In this document: positions 35,562 to 44,825 of the stretch, in pieces | Numbering within the stretch: position 1 is the stretch's first letter | How the letters are laid out: each line of letters opens with the position of its first letter | Notes under the pieces: model-generated | Database searches by the model: none | The model's input: the letters and a program-made list of their open reading frames with translations, nothing else | Told to the model about the DNA's origin: nothing | Program-made: the position numbers and the translations under genes | Origin: Candidatus Pelearchaeum maunauluense | GTDB lineage: Archaea > Thermoproteota > Nitrososphaeria_A > Caldarchaeales > Caldarchaeaceae | Direction of reading: 5' to 3' | Length of the DNA stretch: 58,410 nt | Assembly (NCBI GenBank): GCA_030059675.1 | Contig: JANVYQ010000009.1 | Location: 1-58,410, forward strand

Positions 35562-37246
35562 GGGGGATGGTTGAGAAGTTTGATGTAGTTGTTGTGGGTG
35601 CTGGGCCAGCTGGCTCTGCTGCGGCGATAACACTGGCCCGCGAGGGGTATGATGTTCTCCTGCTGGAGAAGGCCAAGGTTCCTGGACACCGCAACATAAC
35701 TGGCGGTGTTCTCTTCGGGAGATACCTCCCAGGCTACGGCATGATAGACCTTATCCCAGAGTTTGAGGAGGAGGCTCCTCTGGAGAGGCGTATAGTCGCG
35801 CATGAGCTTTATGCGCTTCAACAGCCCCAGCGTGAGGATAATAGGCTGACGTATAGGCTTCTCAAGATGGATAAACGCTCCATCGCCACGCGGCTAGGCT
35901 TGACGATGCTCAACGTGGATACAGGCCACGACTACACCGTGCTAAGAGCGCGGTTTGACAAGTGGATGGCGTCTAAAGCTGTTGAAGCAGGCGCGATTAT
36001 GGTTACGGGCAAGTCTGTTGAGCACCTCCTAACACGCGGCAACCAGGTTGTGGGCGTTGTTACAGACGATAATGAGGAGATAATGTGTAACGTGGTTATT
36101 GACTGTGGTGGTGTAACGTCGCGGCTCGTTGAGCAGGCAGGGCTTCGCGGAAAGCTTGAGCCTCACCAAGTCTATCACGGCGTTAAGCACGTGTATAAGC
36201 TTGAGCCTACGCTGATTGAGGAGCGCTTCTCAGCTGATGGCGGGTTTAAGGCGGTCTACCTCCTTGGGGACTTCATGCATTCAACAGTCGGCGGCGGGTT
36301 CCTCTACCCCAACCGCGATACGGTCTCGGTTGGGATAGTGGCTGGGATGGACTCGCTCATAGAGAGGCTAACCAGCAGCCCCAACGACGTTGGAAAGCCC
36401 CTGGACATGGTGGAGGAGATGGAGTCCCACCCCTTCGTTTGGCAGCTCATAGAGGGCGGGAGCCTTGTGGAATATTCTGCCCACAACATACCGCGCGGCT
36501 ATAAGACGATACTGGAAACACCATACACTTCGGGCTTCTTGGTAGCTGGCGATGCGCTGGGGGCGTTTGTCAAGATAGGCGCTCTGATAGACGGTATGCG
36601 CCGCGCGATAGCTTCTGGAATCATGGCCGCTGAAACCTACATACACGCGCATGGAGCTGGTGACTTTACCTACAGGACGCTCGCGATATACAGGAAGCTC
36701 CTCTCACCAATCTACCGCGACGTTGCAGCATCCAAGAGAAACAGCGCCCTGCTTGAGAGGAGGTTCTTCTACGAGACGATGCCGCGACTGATGTTCAGCC
36801 TCGGCTTAGCCCAGAAGAGAAACTACACGGGTGAGGAGAAGAAGAGAGACCTGCGCGACGCAATACAGCGCATACAGGAGAGGACAGGGCTGCTGGATTA
36901 TGAGGAGGACAAGGAATACTCGCATATTAAGGTGGATACGCAGAAGGCCTCGCAGGACAGGCTGAAGGCATGGATACCCCTATGCCCCGTGAACTGCTAC
37001 ACCCTAATCACGCCCAAGGGCGTGTTCGCGTCGTTCAAAGACTTGTATGAATATAACCTGGCTCAGCTAGGCGGCAGGGCTGAGGAGGCTCTCAGAACAA
37101 CCTTCAAGGATGTTGAGGAAGGCGCTGTTAGGTTTGACCACGTAGCATGCGTCGCTTGCGGAACATGCGGCGTGATAGGGCCGCCTGGCGTCGTTGATTT
37201 CGGCCACGAGAGGCAAGGACACGGCGTACAATACAAATACGGTTAG
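35558..37246 (+). CDS. fixC: FixC-type flavoprotein (ETF:quinone oxidoreductase) fused to a FixX ferredoxin
   Basis: VVVGAGPAGSAAA, YTVLRARFDKWMA, GGGFLYPNRDTVSVG, EYSAH, AGDA; C-terminal CPVNCY...CVACGTC...GVQYKYG. Confidence 0.9.
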   Translation: MRGMVEKFDVVVVGAGPAGSAAAITLAREGYDVLLLEKAKVPGHRNITGGVLFGRYLPGYGMIDLIPEFEEEAPLERRIVAHELYALQQPQREDNRLTYRLLKMDKRSIATRLGLTMLNVDTGHDYTVLRARFDKWMASKAVEAGAIMVTGKSVEHLLTRGNQVVGVVTDDNEEIMCNVVIDCGGVTSRLVEQAGLRGKLEPHQVYHGVKHVYKLEPTLIEERFSADGGFKAVYLLGDFMHSTVGGGFLYPNRDTVSVGIVAGMDSLIERLTSSPNDVGKPLDMVEEMESHPFVWQLIEGGSLVEYSAHNIPRGYKTILETPYTSGFLVAGDALGAFVKIGALIDGMRRAIASGIMAAETYIHAHGAGDFTYRTLAIYRKLLSPIYRDVAASKRNSALLERRFFYETMPRLMFSLGLAQKRNYTGEEKKRDLRDAIQRIQERTGLLDYEEDKEYSHIKVDTQKASQDRLKAWIPLCPVNCYTLITPKGVFASFKDLYEYNLAQLGGRAEEALRTTFKDVEEGAVRFDHVACVACGTCGVIGPPGVVDFGHERQGHGVQYKYG

Positions 37247-38032
37247 TCATGCTGTCTTCTTCCTCCCCGCCCTCACTATTATAGCGCCGCCTAGGAGCTT
37301 ATCCTTTACCGAGACATCCTCAAACCACCGCCTTAACTCGGCTACCAGCCGCGCCCTCCGCGGCCATCTACGGTATGTAAGAATTATGGCCGCTACGCGT
37401 ATTCCCTTCCTACTCGCTGCGATGAGCCCTAGTATGGGCGCTATGAAGCGCCAGTAGAAGCCTATCAGCGCCGCGTATAGCCTGTTGTCTGGCTTCGCTA
37501 TGTCGCAGACTATTAGCCGCCCATCACGCTTAAGCGCGCGTGTGAGCTCGCGCATAGCGGTTTCCCCATCAACCGAGTCCCTCACAGCGAACGCGGCTAT
37601 GATTGTGTCTATCGCGTCCATCCGTAGCGGCAGGTGCTCAAATACTCCCTGTACTGGATGCGTCTGGGCTGGCCTCACCTGCTTAGCACGTACCAGCATG
37701 GCTTGGAGCACATCAAGCATAACAACGTCAAGCTCGTTATTCTCTTCTAATGCTATCTCAGTAAATATTCCATCACCGCATCCAGCGTCAAGCACAGTTT
37801 TGGAACCGTGCAGCGCACCAGCGACGGCGTCGCGTCTGAGCTTCACATCCATCCCCAGAGAAATCCAGCGATTAACCCTACCATAGACGCCGACCAAATC
37901 CTCTAGAGCATCCAAGACGCGGCGCCAGTCTTCGCGAAGCCCAAAAACGCTCAAGGCAGCAACAATCCCCGGGGAGAGCTTAAGACCTCTAGAGGGAGCC
38001 GCGTTCATAAAGGTCTTATCCCATATAGCCAA
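37247..38032 (-). CDS. UbiE/MenG-like class I SAM methyltransferase
   Basis: YGRVNRWISLGMD..LRR, VLDAGCGDG, FEHLPLR, RALKRDG; true start may be downstream of 38032. Confidence 0.85.
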   Translation of the reverse strand: MAIWDKTFMNAAPSRGLKLSPGIVAALSVFGLREDWRRVLDALEDLVGVYGRVNRWISLGMDVKLRRDAVAGALHGSKTVLDAGCGDGIFTEIALEENNELDVVMLDVLQAMLVRAKQVRPAQTHPVQGVFEHLPLRMDAIDTIIAAFAVRDSVDGETAMRELTRALKRDGRLIVCDIAKPDNRLYAALIGFYWRFIAPILGLIAASRKGIRVAAIILTYRRWPRRARLVAELRRWFEDVSVKDKLLGGAIIVRAGRKKTA

Positions 38033-38072
38033 GGACTATAATCTTTACAAATTATGCTAAGGGCTTGCTAGG

Positions 38073-39578
38073 GTGATGCATGTGCGCCGTCTAGTTATTC
38101 TTGTTGCGCTGCTTATCCTCCTCTCCTCAATAACGCCAGCCCTCGCGCATGTCTCTGGCAGGGGCTTCATCCTACTCCTCCCAACAGGCCTTTACATCAT
38201 GGGAGGAGCAGTGGTTGTTGCTGTCTCATTCCTAATACTAGCCCTAGTCCCAGCGCGTTTCTTCGCAAAACTTGAAAAACTCCAGAAAACGATAACGCAT
38301 AACCACATCGCGCGTGGGAGTTTATCCAACGCGGTGAGCATAGCTTCGCTAGTCTTCGTCCTCTTCATCATCTACGCTGGCTACTATGGAAGCCGCGACC
38401 CGCTGGCCAATCCACTTCCAATCTTCGTCTGGTCAGTCTGGTGGATAGGCTCCACATATCTCCATGCTTTGTTTGGGAACGTCTGGATACACCTAAACCC
38501 CTGGACAGGGCTTTACAGACTCATCACATCACGTCCAAGGCTTAAACGGCTGGATGGCATCATCAGCTATCCAGCCGAGCGCGTGGGCTACCTGCCAGCC
38601 ATAATAACATTCACGGCATTCGCCTGGTTTGAGCTTGTTCATCCAGCGCCGGCAGACCCAACACTACTCGCCAACGTAGCTTTAGCATACATACTATACA
38701 CGTTCATCTTCATGTTCATCTTCGGCGAGAAGAGCTGGCTTCAGTATGGCGAGACCTTCTCGGTTTTCTTCCGCGTTATATCTTGGCTCTCTCCGCTTAG
38801 GTATTCCCCGCAGGGTAGCGGGAGCTGCAAGCTATGCAACCCTGAGCTTGGCTATTTAGCTTGCTATGAGTGCGCCTCAAGGCCTGGCTCTAAGGCTGTG
38901 CGGATAACGTTTCCCTCCCTCAACCTACTGCACGTGGGATGCCTTAGCATGAGCGGCGTAGCCTTCATAGTTCTCGCCCTCTCAACAGTCTCGTTTGACG
39001 GCCTATCAAGAACCTTCGCATGGCTCTCCACGATAGGCGTAAACCCGCTGGAATACCCTGGCCGCTCCCTCCTGATAACACAAAACACAGTAGGCCTCCT
39101 ACTAGCCTTCGCAGCCTTATTCGCAGCATACGCCGCGACGCTCATACTAGCCAAAATCACCCTGAGGATAGGTATAGACACCCAACGCATGCTGGGCTTC
39201 TTCATCGTCTCCATAGTTCCCATAGCATTTGGATACCACTTCGCCCACTACCTACCCTCGTTCATGATAGACATACAATACGCCCTCAAGGTCTTATCAG
39301 ACCCCCTGGGAATGGGGTGGGACATTCTAGGAACACGCAACATGCCCGTTATCGTCTCATTCCTCTCAGACCCCGCCCAGCTCTACGCCATATGGCACAC
39401 ACAAGTTCTAGTGATAATAGCCGCGCATGTGGTGGCTGTGTTGATAGCCCATGCAATAGCCCTTCGCGTTGTTGTTGGTGTGAAAAAAGCCATGCTGAGC
39501 CAACTTTCCATGCTCGCGCTAATGATAGGATACACGATGTTCGGCCTCTGGCTGCTCTCAGCACCAGCCATAGAGTAG
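38073..39578 (+). CDS. Polytopic membrane protein of the 'fenitrothion hydrolase FedB'-like family
   Basis: GGAVVVAVSF, NPLP.FVW..WW.G, NPW, FAWFEL, GETFSVFF, TVSFDG, VPIAFGYHFAHY, SDPLG.GWD..G, MIGYTMFGLWLLS. Confidence 0.7.
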   Translation: MMHVRRLVILVALLILLSSITPALAHVSGRGFILLLPTGLYIMGGAVVVAVSFLILALVPARFFAKLEKLQKTITHNHIARGSLSNAVSIASLVFVLFIIYAGYYGSRDPLANPLPIFVWSVWWIGSTYLHALFGNVWIHLNPWTGLYRLITSRPRLKRLDGIISYPAERVGYLPAIITFTAFAWFELVHPAPADPTLLANVALAYILYTFIFMFIFGEKSWLQYGETFSVFFRVISWLSPLRYSPQGSGSCKLCNPELGYLACYECASRPGSKAVRITFPSLNLLHVGCLSMSGVAFIVLALSTVSFDGLSRTFAWLSTIGVNPLEYPGRSLLITQNTVGLLLAFAALFAAYAATLILAKITLRIGIDTQRMLGFFIVSIVPIAFGYHFAHYLPSFMIDIQYALKVLSDPLGMGWDILGTRNMPVIVSFLSDPAQLYAIWHTQVLVIIAAHVVAVLIAHAIALRVVVGVKKAMLSQLSMLALMIGYTMFGLWLLSAPAIE

Positions 39579-39603
39579 AACGTTTATTAGATTCGGCAAA
39601 AAC

Positions 39604-41073
39604 ATGCAGCGGAGCATGACACCAGACACGCAAGCACTACAAAACTATGTAGCTGGTAGGTTCGTTGATTCTAACGCGAGCGAGTTCATCACGTTCTATA
39701 ACCCAGCATTCGCCGAGCCGCTAGGGAAAGTTCCAGTTACGCCGCGTGAGGAGGTTTCCGCGGCGGTTGAGGCGGCGTTAGCTGGGTTTGAGGCGATTAG
39801 AAAAATGCCAGCTACCGAGAGGGTTAAGCTTCTCCTCCGTATAAGGGGGTTGATGGAGAGGGACGCCGACAAGCTGGCGCGCGTGCTGGTTGACAACCAT
39901 GGGAGAACCTACTCGGAAGGGCTTGGAGAAGTGAGGCGTAGCATAGAGAACGTGGAATCCGCAGCAGCGCTGGCTTACACGTATGCAAAGGGCGAGAACA
40001 TGCCTAACGTATCACCTGGCGTTGACCAGACACTCATACGCGAGCCCCTCGGCGTATTCGCGATAATCACACCATTCAACATACCCCTCCACGCATGGTC
40101 TTCATACGTCCCATACGCCATAGCCCTGGGATGCTCCGTAGTTCTCAAGCCCAGCGAGATAACACCACTCATAAGCAACGAGATATTCAGGATAATGCAC
40201 GAGGCAGGCGTTCCAGAGGGGGTTGTGAACCTAGTCCACGGTGGGCCGAGCGTTGTTGAGCAGCTGGTAAAGCACCGCGATGTTAAGGGAGTGGGCTTCA
40301 TAGGCTCGACGCGGACGGGGAGGCTGCTCTACCGCATGGCCGCGGAGGAGGGGAAGAGGGCATCAATAAACGCCGGGGCCAAGAACTACATCGTGGTCAT
40401 GCCAGACGCAGACCGCGAGAAGACTGTGGGAGCGCTTGTCTCGTCGTTCTTCGGCATGTGCGGCCAGCGCTGCCTAGCAGGCTCCAACCTAGTGCTGGTA
40501 GGCGGTAATGACGAGCTCCTCTCGCGGTTCGTTGAGGCGTCCAACCTAAGGCTTGGGTATGGTATGGACTCTGACGTGGATATGGGGCCTCTGGTATCGG
40601 CGACAGCCCTAGAGAGGGTGAGGAGCTACGTAGAGCGGGGAGAGGCTGAAGGAGCTAAACTACTCCTAGACGGGAGGAAGAACAGACCAGTAAAACCACT
40701 CAAGGGATACTTTATAGGCCCCACGATATTCGCAGACGTATCACCAGACATGACGATAGCGCGCGAGGAAATCTTCGGCCCAGTAGCTTCGGTCATAACC
40801 TGCGAGAAGCTTGACGAAGCTATAGAGTACATTAACAAGAAGACACCATACGGGAACGCTGCCGCTATATTCACATCCAACGCGCGGGAAGCTAGGAGAT
40901 TCGCCCTTGAGGTTGATGTGGGGAACGTGGGGATAAACGTAGGGATACCGCAGCCGATGGCATACTTCCCCATAGGGGGGAGGCGCGAATCCTTCTTCGG
41001 CGGCGCGCACTCAAGAGTTGATACTATTAGATTCTTCACAGACCACAAGATAATAGTATCAAGATGGCTATGA
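39604..41073 (+). CDS. mmsA: CoA-acylating methylmalonate-semialdehyde dehydrogenase-like ALDH
   Basis: ITPFN, FIGST, GAKNY..VMPDAD, GQRCLAGS, YGNAAAIFT, GINVGIPQPMAYFP.GG...SFFG. Confidence 0.88.
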   Translation: MQRSMTPDTQALQNYVAGRFVDSNASEFITFYNPAFAEPLGKVPVTPREEVSAAVEAALAGFEAIRKMPATERVKLLLRIRGLMERDADKLARVLVDNHGRTYSEGLGEVRRSIENVESAAALAYTYAKGENMPNVSPGVDQTLIREPLGVFAIITPFNIPLHAWSSYVPYAIALGCSVVLKPSEITPLISNEIFRIMHEAGVPEGVVNLVHGGPSVVEQLVKHRDVKGVGFIGSTRTGRLLYRMAAEEGKRASINAGAKNYIVVMPDADREKTVGALVSSFFGMCGQRCLAGSNLVLVGGNDELLSRFVEASNLRLGYGMDSDVDMGPLVSATALERVRSYVERGEAEGAKLLLDGRKNRPVKPLKGYFIGPTIFADVSPDMTIAREEIFGPVASVITCEKLDEAIEYINKKTPYGNAAAIFTSNAREARRFALEVDVGNVGINVGIPQPMAYFPIGGRRESFFGGAHSRVDTIRFFTDHKIIVSRWL

Positions 41074-41100
41074 TTACGGTTGCTCTCACCGCTGCCCATG

Positions 41101-41703
41101 CTATCTGAGGCCGTCCTCTCCCTTTACTTCTTCTTTCTTTAGGCCTCCTATTCTTGGGAGCGGCCTCCCCCCGCTGGTTAGCGCTGCTATTACTACTATC
41201 TCATCCCGCTTTGGCGCGTCGGATATCCTTACCTCCATAGCATCGTAATGCGTACGGACAAACGCGGCGCGCTTATAGTGGAGTGGAACATCTATCGCAG
41301 TTCCCACACCGCCCATCTTGACTGATGATGGAATTATTGCCTTACATACCTCTCTCCCCCCACACTCATCGCGCAGAGGGCCGCCGAACTTTGGGTGAAG
41401 TATGGCATGACCATGCTCCAGCTCCCCATCCTCGCCCACTATCGCCGCCTTACCATAATTCTCAACCTCCTCAGGAGCTATTCCTAAGGCGCTTCGCGCG
41501 GCCTTGCCTAGAAGACCGCCTAGATACTCACCGGCATCAATCAACACCTGTAAATTCTCCACATACCTGCCAGCGTAGGGGTTCTTGATTACGGCGGCAG
41601 CAGCAGCCCTTTTTATCGGCTTCTCCAATCTCCGGTCAAGCTCGCTATACGTCTCCTCAACAAAAACCACCAGCTTCCTAATCTCCACCAAACTCTGCGA
41701 CAT
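41101..41703 (-). CDS. 'Amino acid synthesis' (AA_synth/DUF1185) family protein
   Basis: AAAVIKNPYAGRYVENL, YGKAAIVGEDGELEH, DVPLHYK.AAFVRTHYD, DAP..DEI, GGRPLPRIGG. Confidence 0.85.
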   Translation of the reverse strand: MSQSLVEIRKLVVFVEETYSELDRRLEKPIKRAAAAAVIKNPYAGRYVENLQVLIDAGEYLGGLLGKAARSALGIAPEEVENYGKAAIVGEDGELEHGHAILHPKFGGPLRDECGGREVCKAIIPSSVKMGGVGTAIDVPLHYKRAAFVRTHYDAMEVRISDAPKRDEIVVIAALTSGGRPLPRIGGLKKEEVKGEDGLR

Positions 41704-41753
41704 ACAGCGCAAATTAAACCAAAACCCTATTATTAATGTTCCTTTAATGCGCA

Positions 41754-42417
41754 TCATCGCCGAAGAAGCTTTTCAGGTGTTAACCGATTCACCCACTCCA
41801 CTACATCAAAGTCTTCATCATAAGAGATTATGGCTAGTTCCTTAAGGGCTTGAACAGCTAACGCATCATCAAAGTCTAATCCATAGTTTTTCATACTAAT
41901 CAGACCCAGTTTATGTATCCATAATCCTCTATATCATAAAAGTGAAGTTAAGAACGTGGATATATCGCTCCATGATTTTCCATAGTTTTCCACGACGATA
42001 ACTATGGAGTCTATATGAAAATCAGTTATTGAGGCTTTAATACGTCCATCTTTTACATTTTCCAGAAGAAGCTTATATTGTTCTCCGCGCTCTTCAGCAA
42101 GTTGTCTTCTAAGAAGATGTTTGAATCAAGGAGTACGTCTGTAATTTTCTGTTTTTCTTGCTCTAATTCTTCTTGCCTCATGCTGGAGCTCAACTCCCGT
42201 GAGCTTAACGTTTGATAACAGTCCATAGATTGCTTCTACAGGGTCTCCCGAATCTTCAACGGTTTCTACTATGTCTGAGATTTCTGAGAGCCATGCTGAG
42301 ATGGCTTTTTTCTGAGGCTATGTCAATTGGGTTATCTTTATGTCCATAAAGGCGCATAGCAGTCTCCTTGAATCTTCTCTCAAGTTCGTCAGGGAGATAG
42401 ATCTTGATAAGCCCCAT
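41754..42417 (-). pseudogene. Degenerate antitoxin (RHH-like) plus VapC toxin pair
   Basis: MGLIKIYLPDELERRFKETAMRLYG (frameshift) ...DPVEAIYGLL...VELQHEA; then VLLDSNIFLE (frameshift) ...ITDFHIDSI (stop) ...GLDFDDALAVQ...IISYDEDFD. Confidence 0.8.
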
Positions 42418-42594
42418 CCTAAATTTGCTTTATTGTAGATAGAGCTTTATATCTGTATTCTTTTTCGATCTAGAACATCATGTAAATAAGCGCTTATACT
42501 TAGAGGCTATAAACATAACCTGATGTTTTGTGGGTATTTGTTGAAGAACAGGCTTTTATATAGCGTCTGCATGTGCATTTGGAGAGGAGTAAAG

Positions 42595-42879
42595 ATGGAG
42601 GTCAAGGTCTATCTTCCAACGCCTCTCCGTCAGTATGCCGATGGTCAGGAAGTGGTGGTGATCTCAGCCTCTACTGTTGGTGAGGCGTTGCAGCAGCTGG
42701 TTGAGCGCTTCCAGGCTTTGAGGAGGCATCTCTATAACGAGTCTGGGAAGCTGCGGAGCTTCGTCAACGTCTTCGTGAATGAGGAGGATATTAGGCATTT
42801 GAAGGGTGAGGAGACGCCGCTGAAGGATGGTGATACGGTGTATATCATACCTTCTATAGCTGGGGGTGTTGGTGCATGA
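42595..42879 (+). CDS. ThiS/MoaD/SAMP-family ubiquitin-like protein with C-terminal GG-VGA
   Basis: PTPLRQY, TVGEAL, FVNVFVNEEDIR, LKDGDTVYIIPSIAGG; ATG at 42595 after GAGGAG. Confidence 0.92.
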   Translation: MEVKVYLPTPLRQYADGQEVVVISASTVGEALQQLVERFQALRRHLYNESGKLRSFVNVFVNEEDIRHLKGEETPLKDGDTVYIIPSIAGGVGA

Positions 42880-43154
42880 TGGCTGCTGGCCAGAAGACTG
42901 AAGACAGCGTGGTGCGCCGCGTGGGGAGGACTCTAAAGACCTACGGCAGGCTAACCATACCCCAGAAGCTGCTGAAGCGCGCCCAGCGGCGCGAGGTTGT
43001 CCTAGTCGTAGACGAGATACGCTACGTCTTTGAGACAGACAGGTATGGCAGGATATACATACCCCCTGAGATTAGGGAGAGGCTCGCCAACATGACCAAC
43101 GTTGAGATAGGCTTATCCAACGGCGAGTTAATGCTTAGGTTCCGACGCTTCTAG
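42876..43154 (+). CDS. Protein with two AbrB/MraZ-like swapped-hairpin motifs
   Basis: 'KTYGRLTIPQKL' and 'DRYGRIYIPPEIRERL'; ATGA overlap with the upstream gene. Confidence 0.7.
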   Translation: MMAAGQKTEDSVVRRVGRTLKTYGRLTIPQKLLKRAQRREVVLVVDEIRYVFETDRYGRIYIPPEIRERLANMTNVEIGLSNGELMLRFRRF

Positions 43155-44217
43155 GCTAGACGCCCAAGTATATCCCTGAACTCCACGCTGCTCAGCGGCT
43201 CAACACGCGCAAGCTCAAGATTCTCCTCTACGTGTTCTCGTGTTTTTATGACTACCAACGCGGCTATTGTGGGCGCTGAGCGCGCTAGCTGGAGAAGCTG
43301 CGGAGCCCTGCTCCTCAGGGGAATCCCAAGCTCTATCGCGTGGCGTAGTAGCTCTCCCTCCAGTAGGGGCGCGCTGGTGAAGACCCCTATTCCGAGCCTT
43401 TTTGCCGCCTCAAAGAATGTCAGCGGTTCCTCACCTATCTTCTGGTTGGGTAGCAGAGCCGCCTCTGGCATAGCTGGGTTGAAGGGTAGCTGGACGAATC
43501 TGAACCCGCTCAAGGCTGAGATAATCCCTAGCTCCTAGCACCGTCCTGAAGCAGCTCCACGTGGCCAGGCCGTAGAAGCGTATCCTGCCGCGTTTCCTCA
43601 TCTCCTCGTAGAATGTGAAAACCTCGCGAAGCTCCTCATAGAAGCGGCTGTGCCCCAGATAGGGGAGCTGGGACTCAGCAGCATTATGTAGGTAGATTAG
43701 GTCTATGGTCTCCAGCCTAAGGTTTTGTAGGCTTCTGTTGAGCTGGTCTTCTAGGAACGCTGGCTTCATGCAGTGGATTCCTCCAACTATGTCGCTTGGT
43801 GCGCAGACCCCGCTCATGATTAGGTGCCTCTCCACGTATTCTGGGAAGCTCATATCCGGCTCGGCGTCGTGGGTTAGGTAGCCGTTCTTGGTTGAGATGA
43901 AGACCTGCTCGCGGCCAACCTCGTTTATATCCACCAGCAGCCGTACTGCCCTGCCCACAGAGCGCTCAGCACGCTGGAATCGGTAGTTTATCGCTGTATC
44001 CACGACATTACAAGCCCTACTCCTCACCGACTTGATTATCGCCTCCTCCACCAGCCTATCGGTAGCAGCGTCGGGCTCGCCGAGGTATGTGCCCACACCA
44101 ACGGAGGAGAAGACGAGGCCAGAGAATTCTCTGAAGTGTAGCTTGGTAATTCCATGCCTATAAGCCTCGGCCGCGAATCTCCTCGTCCCCCTCCTGCGTA
44201 GCGTATCCGGCCAGCAT
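43151..44217 (-). pseudogene. Aldo/keto reductase with two frameshifts
   Basis: MLAGYATQEG (extra G in G5 run at about 44187-44191) ...GTYLG, DTAINYR.QRAER, ISTKNGY, IDLIYLHN, GLATW; deletion at about 43505, then FRFVQLPFN. Confidence 0.85.
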
Positions 44218-44387
44218 GGAGAAGGGCCGTATAGGCGATGCTCGTAACGCTATTTCAGCTAACAACATCTGGCCAAACACCGGCCTATGAGCGCTCATCG
44301 CGGCGCTCCGCGGGCTGCCCGCGGCTCGTGTGTTGGATGGAGCTATAAATGGCCATATGGCCGTAGTTATCCAAGAGGCTTGGAAGG

Positions 44388-44825
44388 GTGTCTGGCAGAT
44401 TGGTGAGGTATAGCATAACGCTACGCGCTGGTGGTGCGGATGTTACGATGGAGTCTGAGTCGCGGGAGGAGCTTCTGAAGAGGCTTGACGACCTCGTTGC
44501 GCTGGCTAGGAGTGTTGCGGAGAGGGTTGGCGGCCAGATTGCGGCGCCTGTGCAGCAGACAGCGGCCCCCGCTGTTAAGACGCGTCGCCGCAGGGGTAAG
44601 TCAGAGGCCGTAGAGGTGCTTCGACACATAGAGGAGAAGCTTATACCCTCTGGCTTCTTCAGAGAGGCGCGCTCAACCGCAGATACGCGAGCCAAGCTGA
44701 AAGAGCTTGTGGGCGTGCTCTTCCAGAGCAGGAAGGTAAGCCAGGCGCTGGGCATACTGTATGATAAGGGAGTGCTGCGCAGAACTGGGCCGAAGGGGAA
44801 CTACCGCTACTACATGGCTTCATAG
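44388..44825 (+). CDS. Hypothetical protein with C-terminal winged-helix-like domain
   Basis: Basic linker KTRRRRGK, then 'GFFREARSTADTRAKL...VSQALGILYDKGVLRRTGPKGNYRY'. Confidence 0.7.
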   Translation: MSGRLVRYSITLRAGGADVTMESESREELLKRLDDLVALARSVAERVGGQIAAPVQQTAAPAVKTRRRRGKSEAVEVLRHIEEKLIPSGFFREARSTADTRAKLKELVGVLFQSRKVSQALGILYDKGVLRRTGPKGNYRYYMAS

